32,235 nucleotides of DNA, taken from a bacterium (GTDB lineage: Bacteria > UBA9089 > CG2-30-40-21 > SBAY01). Both the position numbers and the translations under genes were made by a program. The notes below the pieces were generated by a model that searched no databases, was not told where the DNA came from, and worked only from the letters and a program-made list of their open reading frames with translations. Every line of letters starts with the position of its first letter. Position 1 is the first letter of the stretch. The stretch lies in contig JBFLYA010000016.1 of NCBI GenBank assembly GCA_040757115.1, positions 1 to 32,235 on the forward strand, in the 5' to 3' direction. This document shows positions 26,041-32,235 of this stretch, in pieces.

Positions 26041-26068
26041 GTAAAAAAAATTAATAAGTCTATAAAAA

Positions 26069-27433
26069 TTATTTATAGGCTTTACCTCTTTCCACAAAAC
26101 TGACAAATTGTTGTGCCCAGTGTGGGACTCCGAGGCTGTGGAAATGAGTATATGAGGCAATAACATTTTTATAGATAATTCCATCGTGCCTACCATTTAC
26201 ACCTTTACCACGAATAACATTATAGCCAAAATCCAGTTGAGCAGGATTAGTAATCTGTGAGTAGTGGAACTCATGGCCTCTAATTTTTCCATCGAAATTA
26301 AACCACTGATTTTTAGTGGTGGTTTGCAAAATTACATAACCGTGTCCTTGCGGTTTTTCATACACACAAATATCACACGGAATAGCACCGACCATTTCTT
26401 TAGTTATGCCCTGATAAGATATATTTCTGGCTAAATACATCAAACCACCGCATTCTGCATAGACTGGTATTCCTTGTTCTATGGAGGTGCGAATATCTGT
26501 TAGCAATGATTTATTTTTGGATAAACTTTCGATGAATATTTCCGGAAAACCGCCTCCAAAATACAACCCATCTACTTGAGGTAATTTATCATCAGTCAAG
26601 GTATTGAACGGCACAAGCTCTGCCCCTGCTCTGGCAAGTGCGTCCAAATTATCTTTGTAATAAAAGGTAAATACCGGGTCTCTGGCTATGCCTATTTTGA
26701 CTACTGGCGAAGGTATTTGATACTCTTGTTTTTTTAATGTAGGTAAAGAAAAGGCATCTTTTGAAAGGCTAATAACCTTATCTAAATCTACATAATTTTG
26801 TATTACTGCGGCAATAGATTCAATTACAGAAATAAGATTTAATTCTTCTTTGATTGGAATTAATCCTAAATGTCGCTCTTTAATTTCAATCTCTGATAGT
26901 CTTGGTATAGCACCTAAAATCTCTAAATCAGAATGTTTATAAATGGCTTCTTTTAGTTTTACCTCATGTCGTGTCGAGGCAACATTATTTAAAATTATGC
27001 CTGAAATTAAATTATCCGGGTCAAAATGTTGATAACCAAAGACAAGCGGGGCAACGCCGTAAGTCATTCGACTGGCATCAATAACTAATAAAACTGGGGT
27101 TTTGAGAATTTTAGATAAATATGAGGTGCTGTCTTTACCATCAATATCCAGGCCATCATAAAAACCCATATTCCCTTCAATGAGGCTTAAATCTGTATCC
27201 TGACTTGCCTGCTGGAAAGCCTCGCATATTTTTTTCTCTCCCATCATAAAGAAATCCAGATTAAGACATTCCTTTCCTGCGGCGGCTGTTAGCCACATTG
27301 GGTCGATATAATCAGGTCCCTTTTTAAAAGGCTGGATGATTAGCCCACGCTTTCTCAAAGCCGCACATAACCCAATACATATCGTTGTCTTTCCTGAACT
27401 TCTATGAGCTGCCGAAATGATAATTCTGGACAT
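26069..27433 (-). CDS. dsrN: DsrN, cobyrinate/siroheme a,c-diamide synthase-like
   Basis: SSGKTT, FKKGPDYIDP, ERHLGL, GGGFPE, YAECGGLMYL, GHEFHYS, in dsr context. Confidence 0.88.
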   Translation of the reverse strand: MSRIIISAAHRSSGKTTICIGLCAALRKRGLIIQPFKKGPDYIDPMWLTAAAGKECLNLDFFMMGEKKICEAFQQASQDTDLSLIEGNMGFYDGLDIDGKDSTSYLSKILKTPVLLVIDASRMTYGVAPLVFGYQHFDPDNLISGIILNNVASTRHEVKLKEAIYKHSDLEILGAIPRLSEIEIKERHLGLIPIKEELNLISVIESIAAVIQNYVDLDKVISLSKDAFSLPTLKKQEYQIPSPVVKIGIARDPVFTFYYKDNLDALARAGAELVPFNTLTDDKLPQVDGLYFGGGFPEIFIESLSKNKSLLTDIRTSIEQGIPVYAECGGLMYLARNISYQGITKEMVGAIPCDICVYEKPQGHGYVILQTTTKNQWFNFDGKIRGHEFHYSQITNPAQLDFGYNVIRGKGVNGRHDGIIYKNVIASYTHFHSLGVPHWAQQFVSFVERGKAYK

Positions 27434-27484
27434 TTATTCTTCTTTATTTACCGTGCCTTTTAATACCTTTATTTTAAGTTTTTG

Positions 27485-27672
27485 GGTGGTGTCTGAAAAT
27501 AACTCTAATAGTGAAATCTATGCAGATTTGGTGTCCAAAAGGGAGTAACCGTTCAGGGCTATACATTAGAAGTGTAAACAAGGAGAAATGGGGAAAAGGG
27601 AGAATTGGAGAAATGGCTCAAACTTTTTCTTGCCCTACCCTTCGGACATCAATCCTAGATTAAGACACCACC
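27485..27672. mobile_element. GGTGGTGTCT-ended element containing a truncated copy (27545-27656) of MITE 24650
   Basis: ggtggtgtct / agacaccacc ends. 27545-27656 is nearly identical to 24650-24761, including the GxxExxY 3' end. Confidence 0.75.
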
Positions 27673-27745
27673 GAAAAAACAGGTGGAGGAAAGATTTTCT
27701 CTCTACTCTCTACTTTCTACTCTCTACTTCCTAATTTTCAGGAGA
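27673..27745 (-). repeat. truncated CCTGAAAAT-type unit with (AGAGAGT)n, an inverted copy of 25546-25608
   Basis: Minus strand tctcctgaaaattaggaagtagagag..aaaatctttcctccacctgttttttc. Confidence 0.8.
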
Positions 27746-28621
27746 ATGCTTACTCTTATTTACCAATGGGAATCCCATTGTTTCTCGTATTTTAATATAC
27801 CCCTGGGCACATTGTCGGGCTAAATTGCGTATTCTGGCGATATAACCTGTGCGTTCGGTGACGCTAATTGCCCCGCGGGCATCTAAGATATTAAATGTAT
27901 GAGAGCATTTTAATACACAGTCATAAGCCGGGAAGATGAGGTCTTTTTTTATTAATCTTATTGCTTCTTTTTCGAACATTTGGAATAATTTAAAATACAT
28001 CTTAACATTGGCGGCTTCAAAATTATATTTAGAAAACTCAACCTCGGTTTGGTGATGCACCTCACCATATTTAACTCCATTACCCCATTCAATATCAAAT
28101 ACAGAATTTTTCCCTTGCAGATACATTGTGATTCGTTCAAGACCGTAAGTAAGTTCAACTGAGATAGGTTCAAGTGGCAAACTGCCGACTTGCTGGAAGT
28201 AAGTGAACTGGGTTACCTCCATCCCATCAAGCCAAACCTCCCAGCCTAACCCGGCAGCACCGAGTGTCGGAGATTCCCAATCATCTTCAACAAATCGTAT
28301 ATCGTGTTCTAATGGATTTATCCCAAGGGCAATCAGGCTATTCAGATAAGTTTGTTGAATATTTTCCGGTGAGGGTTTGATAATTACCTGAAATTGATAA
28401 TAATGTTGAAGCCGGTTAGGATTTTCTCCATATCGACCATCAGTTGGTCTGCGAGATGGCTCAACATAAGCTACCTTCCATGGTTCAGGACCTAAAACCC
28501 GTAAAAATGTCGCCGGATTAAAAGTCCCTGCCCCAACTTCAATATCATAAGGTTGTGTAACTAAACAACCTTGCGATTTCCAAAAAGATTGTAAATTTAA
28601 TATTATCTCTTGAAATGTCAT
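27731..28621 (-). CDS. glyQ: glycine--tRNA ligase alpha subunit
   Basis: [55 protein letters not shown]. Confidence 0.98.
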   Translation of the reverse strand: MTFQEIILNLQSFWKSQGCLVTQPYDIEVGAGTFNPATFLRVLGPEPWKVAYVEPSRRPTDGRYGENPNRLQHYYQFQVIIKPSPENIQQTYLNSLIALGINPLEHDIRFVEDDWESPTLGAAGLGWEVWLDGMEVTQFTYFQQVGSLPLEPISVELTYGLERITMYLQGKNSVFDIEWGNGVKYGEVHHQTEVEFSKYNFEAANVKMYFKLFQMFEKEAIRLIKKDLIFPAYDCVLKCSHTFNILDARGAISVTERTGYIARIRNLARQCAQGYIKIRETMGFPLVNKSKHSPEN

Positions 28622-28623
28622 TT

Positions 28624-30279
28624 TTACATCCCCTGATAAAATAATTTTAATCCTTTTCCCATAGCTGGCAGCACCTGTTTCTTTCGCGAAAAAATACCTT
28701 TCAAGAATAACTCTTCATCTATTCCTTCAAAGGCTAATTCGATAATTTTAGGATTTCCAGCAAAGATTAAATTACTTCCTTCTTTTAAAATATCTGTAAT
28801 TAACATCATCGCTAATTCTAATTTATGTTGTTCTTTAAGTATATTTAACTCTTTCAAAAACAAATCTTTCAACTTAAGTAAATTATAAGAATCAACCGTT
28901 TCAAATTGCCCGATACCGATATTTTTGTTCTCTATTTTATATTCTTTGTAATTAGCCAGAATTATTTCTTTAACAGATTTCTTTTCAATTATGGACGAAT
29001 GGCGAAACATATCAAGTCCAAATTCATTTATATCCACATTTGCCGCTAAGGCAAGTTTTTTGGCAATAGTTATATCTTTTTGGGTAGTAGTTGTTGATTT
29101 AAAAATAAGTGTATCAGATAAAATCCCGGCAAGGAGTATGCCGGCTATTTTTTTAGAAGGACTAATAAAATGTTGTTCATATCTTGCCGCAATTAATGTG
29201 GCTGTAGAGCCCACAGGTTCACCCGTAAATAAGATAGGCATTCTACTCTGAATATCTCCAAGGCGGTGATGGTCAATAATCTCAATAATCTCTGCCTCTT
29301 CAATCCCTTCTGCAGATTGAAATATCTCATTATGGTCAACCAATATTACTTTTCTACCCATAGCCTGTAGCAGGTCTCTTGCGGTAATTATTCCTATTAC
29401 CTTACCCAACTCATCCACCACAGGCATAGAGCGGGCAGGGGAATTAATTATCATCCCTTTTGCTTCATTAAGTCGTGTCTCTGGGGTTAAGGAAGGAATA
29501 TTTGTATTCATCAGTGTTTCAACCCCGGCTGAAAGTTTTGTTAGTCTAACTGAGGTAATCGTGTCATAAGGAGAAATAATGAGTGTTGTGTTTGATTTTG
29601 TCGCCAGGTCAACTACTTCTTGAGCAGGAGAAAATCCTCCCGTAATAATAAGGCATCGGACACCAACATTAAGAATAGCCATTTGGGCATCTTCACGATT
29701 GCCAATTAAAATAATATTATCGAATCCAAAGTAACTTTTAATTTTATTAACGATTGAGTCCACCTTCATTGCCCCAATAATCAGATTACCATTTGGGAAA
29801 GCAGTATCTTTTTCACCAACAATTAAAGTTCCATTTAAACATCGAATGATATTTTGAACAGTCGTATTTACCAATCTATCTGTTTCAATATTTGTTTCTG
29901 CAATGAGGAGCGAGGCAATTTTTTTAATATCAATCGTGCCCTTAAGCTCTGAATTTTTTACAATTGGCACCATTAAAAATCCTTTTTCTTTCATTATATC
30001 CAGGACATTTTTAATTGGTGAATCAATATTGACAAGGATAGGAGAGGGAGTCATTACATCTTCTACTCTTAGATAAAGGTCTCTAATGACCAGTGGCGGC
30101 TCAACTTCAAAATAATCAAGAACAAATCTGGTTTCATCATTTATTTCACCAGCGCTGACGGGTTTAACATTTTTGTCACCTAAAGTTTTCCTTAACTCAG
30201 CATAGGCAATAGCCGAAACAACAGAATCTGTGTCTGGACTTTTATGTCCGATAATTAAAATTAAATCTTGTTGTGGCAC
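28624..30279 (-). CDS. ppaC: family II Mn-dependent inorganic pyrophosphatase with CBS-DRTGG-CBS insert
   Basis: [37 protein letters not shown] and DRTGG segments. Confidence 0.95.
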   Translation of the reverse strand: MPQQDLILIIGHKSPDTDSVVSAIAYAELRKTLGDKNVKPVSAGEINDETRFVLDYFEVEPPLVIRDLYLRVEDVMTPSPILVNIDSPIKNVLDIMKEKGFLMVPIVKNSELKGTIDIKKIASLLIAETNIETDRLVNTTVQNIIRCLNGTLIVGEKDTAFPNGNLIIGAMKVDSIVNKIKSYFGFDNIILIGNREDAQMAILNVGVRCLIITGGFSPAQEVVDLATKSNTTLIISPYDTITSVRLTKLSAGVETLMNTNIPSLTPETRLNEAKGMIINSPARSMPVVDELGKVIGIITARDLLQAMGRKVILVDHNEIFQSAEGIEEAEIIEIIDHHRLGDIQSRMPILFTGEPVGSTATLIAARYEQHFISPSKKIAGILLAGILSDTLIFKSTTTTQKDITIAKKLALAANVDINEFGLDMFRHSSIIEKKSVKEIILANYKEYKIENKNIGIGQFETVDSYNLLKLKDLFLKELNILKEQHKLELAMMLITDILKEGSNLIFAGNPKIIELAFEGIDEELFLKGIFSRKKQVLPAMGKGLKLFYQGM

Positions 30280-30298
30280 ATTAAACTCCTTTTCAAAA

Positions 30299-30805
30299 TT
30301 AGAATTCCCGCAGGAAGATTAATTCATTTATAATTGAAGCAAATTGTCGTGGTAAAAAGGCTAATAGAATCTTGACCACCCAATATAAGTGGGGAATAAT
30401 TTGAGAGGAGTTAATTAACTTGTTGGCAAATGGCAATTTAGCTAAAATTATAACGATAATTACCGCGATTATCACTCCTCGAACAAAACCAAATGCTATC
30501 CCTCCAACCCTATCTAACCAGTTTAGCGATAATTTCTTTAATGTTTTTTGAAGAAAGACTCCAATAAGATTTATCAAGACACACACAATTAAAAATATAA
30601 GACCATAGGCAATTATATCTGCCCAAAAGGATGATTTGATAAATCGGATTAAAAACAGGGCTATTTTTGAATATAGTAGATTAGCCACTATAATCCCGGC
30701 TATTATCGAGAGCAGTGAGAATACTTCTTTTATCAGCCCTCTAAACAGACCAAAAACCATACTGATAATGATAATGACTAAAAAGAAAATATCTAATGGA
30801 TTCAT
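30299..30805 (-). CDS. cvpA: CvpA family membrane protein
   Basis: MNPLD...GLFRGLIKEVFSL...LDRVGGIAFGFVRG. Confidence 0.9.
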   Translation of the reverse strand: MNPLDIFFLVIIIISMVFGLFRGLIKEVFSLLSIIAGIIVANLLYSKIALFLIRFIKSSFWADIIAYGLIFLIVCVLINLIGVFLQKTLKKLSLNWLDRVGGIAFGFVRGVIIAVIIVIILAKLPFANKLINSSQIIPHLYWVVKILLAFLPRQFASIINELIFLREF

Positions 30806-31319
30806 TTCTCCTGTAAATAGCCGATGTCAGACGTAAGACAAGGCTTATTGCTTTTTCATAAATAGGTTCCTCTTTTGGGGAGAGCGATAGCAAGAAGAAC
30901 TTTAATGTAAATATCAAAATGCAAATATCAAAATTACAATGCAAAATGCAAAAATACTTGTAAATTAACAAAGTAGCTGGAGAATATTTTGATTTTTGAT
31001 TTGTAATTTTACATTTTGATGTTTGATTTTTAATTTATTTCCCCTGAAAATGTCCGTAAGTCATTGTAATTGCTTGAGTTACAAAATTACATTTTCATTG
31101 TCCTTTGTGAGTCGCAGACTCATGAGCGTTCCCCTGAAAATAGCCGTAAGAATAGAACACGGATGACACGGATTTAACGGATTTTCGCTGATTTTTTTCT
31201 CTTTTTTCTGTCTTCTGTCTTCTATCTTATATCCGCGAATATCCGCATTATCAGCGTCATCAGCGTGCTATTATTTTTCATCTTCCTTTGCTCCCTGTGG
31301 GCATATCCGTTTCTCCTGT
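30805..31319. mobile_element. array of CCTGAAAAT-type units at the cvpA RBS, with empty arm cassettes at 30905-31032 and 31155-31268
   Basis: tttctcctgt at 30805-30814 and 31310-31319. Conserved sites at 31091-31141 and 31273-31318. Unit starts at 30810 and 31043. Confidence 0.75.
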
Positions 31320-31320
31320 T

Positions 31321-31794
31321 TTACACATTTTCCAATTCTAAAATTAGTGCTTCTTCATTACAGTTTGGGAAATGGATACACTTAATGCATTCTCCCCAGA
31401 TTTTATGTGGTAAAGTAGCTTTATCAACTAACTTAAATCCAAATCTCTTGAAAAAATCGGGATTATAGGTTAAGACAAAGATTTTATTTACCTCAAGTTC
31501 TTTTGCAGAAGCAATTGCGGAATCAAGTAATTTAGTGCCTATCCCTTGTTCAGTCATCTCTCTTTTTACAGCTAAAGACCTTATTTCAGCCAGGTCTTTC
31601 CAGACAATATGCAAGCCACAACAGCCAATTACCTGACCATCTCTTTCTGCAACAAAAAAATCTCTCATCCCTTCGTATAACTCACTCAAAGAACGAGGTA
31701 AGAGATTACCTTTCTGGGCATAAGAGTTAATAAGTTGTTGAATTTCATCAATATCTCTAATTTTGGCTTTACGGATATAAATCTTTTCTTCCAT
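31321..31794 (-). CDS. argA: GNAT N-acetyltransferase, short ArgA-like N-acetylglutamate synthase
   Basis: LLPRSLSELYE..RDF, LAEIRSLAV, LPHKIW.EC..C.HFP.C.E.A. Confidence 0.8.
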   Translation of the reverse strand: MEEKIYIRKAKIRDIDEIQQLINSYAQKGNLLPRSLSELYEGMRDFFVAERDGQVIGCCGLHIVWKDLAEIRSLAVKREMTEQGIGTKLLDSAIASAKELEVNKIFVLTYNPDFFKRFGFKLVDKATLPHKIWGECIKCIHFPNCNEEALILELENV

Positions 31795-32068
31795 ATTTTG
31801 TAGGCCACTTTTGATTTAGCTTGTAAATAAAAACAAAAATTTCAGCGACTGCCTGATACAAATCTGGTGGAATCTGGGTATTCAATTCTAATTTCGTTAA
31901 CACCTCAGCTAAATTTGCATCTTCATAAATAAGGACATTATGGTTTCTGGCGACTTGAATAATGCGTTCGGCTAATTCTCCTTTTCCTTTGGCGACTATT
32001 TTCGGTGCATGCCCTTTATCGCCATCATATTCTAAAGCAACTGCTTTCCTTTTGTGAAGGGTATCCAT
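31769..32068 (-). CDS. FlhB C-terminal domain-like protein (EscU/YscU family)
   Basis: KAVALEYD..APKIVAKGKGELAERII...IPPDLYQAVAEI. Confidence 0.9.
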   Translation of the reverse strand: MDTLHKRKAVALEYDGDKGHAPKIVAKGKGELAERIIQVARNHNVLIYEDANLAEVLTKLELNTQIPPDLYQAVAEIFVFIYKLNQKWPTKYGRKDLYP

Positions 32069-32115
32069 TTTATACCTCTTTTTACTAAAGCGTGAACAGT
32101 AAAGAGTGAAAAATG

Positions 32116-32235
32116 GTAAGCGTTCAGGTGGTGTAACAAAAGGAGATGTGGAGATTAAGGAGATAGGGAGATATTATTAAAAAAATTGAAATTAATAGAA
32201 ACTAATAGAAATTTATGGAAATTTGTTGTTTTCCA
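32116..32235. mobile_element. third copy of the 237-bp GTAA-MITE (cut by window end)
   Basis: Matches 397-516 almost exactly. Confidence 0.92.

Noticed and set aside
30741-30971. 76-aa ORF
   Set aside because: It is built from heptamer arm sequence and overlaps cvpA out of frame.

Overview
AT-rich bacterial chromosomal window with nearly all genes on the minus strand. It holds a dissimilatory sulfite reductase gene set in two blocks, dsrN-dsrC-dsrT-dsrMKJOP and dsrA-dsrB-dsrD-dsrL. The blocks are separated by a PorV-like gene, a DUF2723/TPR membrane glycosyltransferase and a 1544-aa secreted cohesin/dockerin protein. Housekeeping genes flank the locus (tsaC-phosphatase fusion, rpiB, glyQ, CBS-type ppaC, cvpA, argA-like, FlhB-C-like). 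The most unusual content is intergenic: most gene junctions carry small transposase-less elements in three layers. (1) Cassettes of two inverted arms made of 7-9-nt tandem repeats, enclosing an intact, internally deleted or fully lost GxxExxY (PD-(D/E)XK-like) or four-helix-bundle gene. (2) Several MITE types that carry these cassettes: GTAA..TTAC ends with 8-bp target duplications (IS66-like), CGACC ends with an 8-bp duplication, an IS1182-like element with a ~20-bp duplication, and a TATAGC-ended element. (3) Tandem variable units bounded by a conserved ~50-nt site with a co-varying hairpin, sitting at CAGGAGA Shine-Dalgarno-like sequences. Element ends often overlap or duplicate host stop codons and RBSs, so the operons stay intact. 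No transposase, recombinase, reverse transcriptase, cas gene or RNA gene was recognised. All family assignments are by eye, without database searches.
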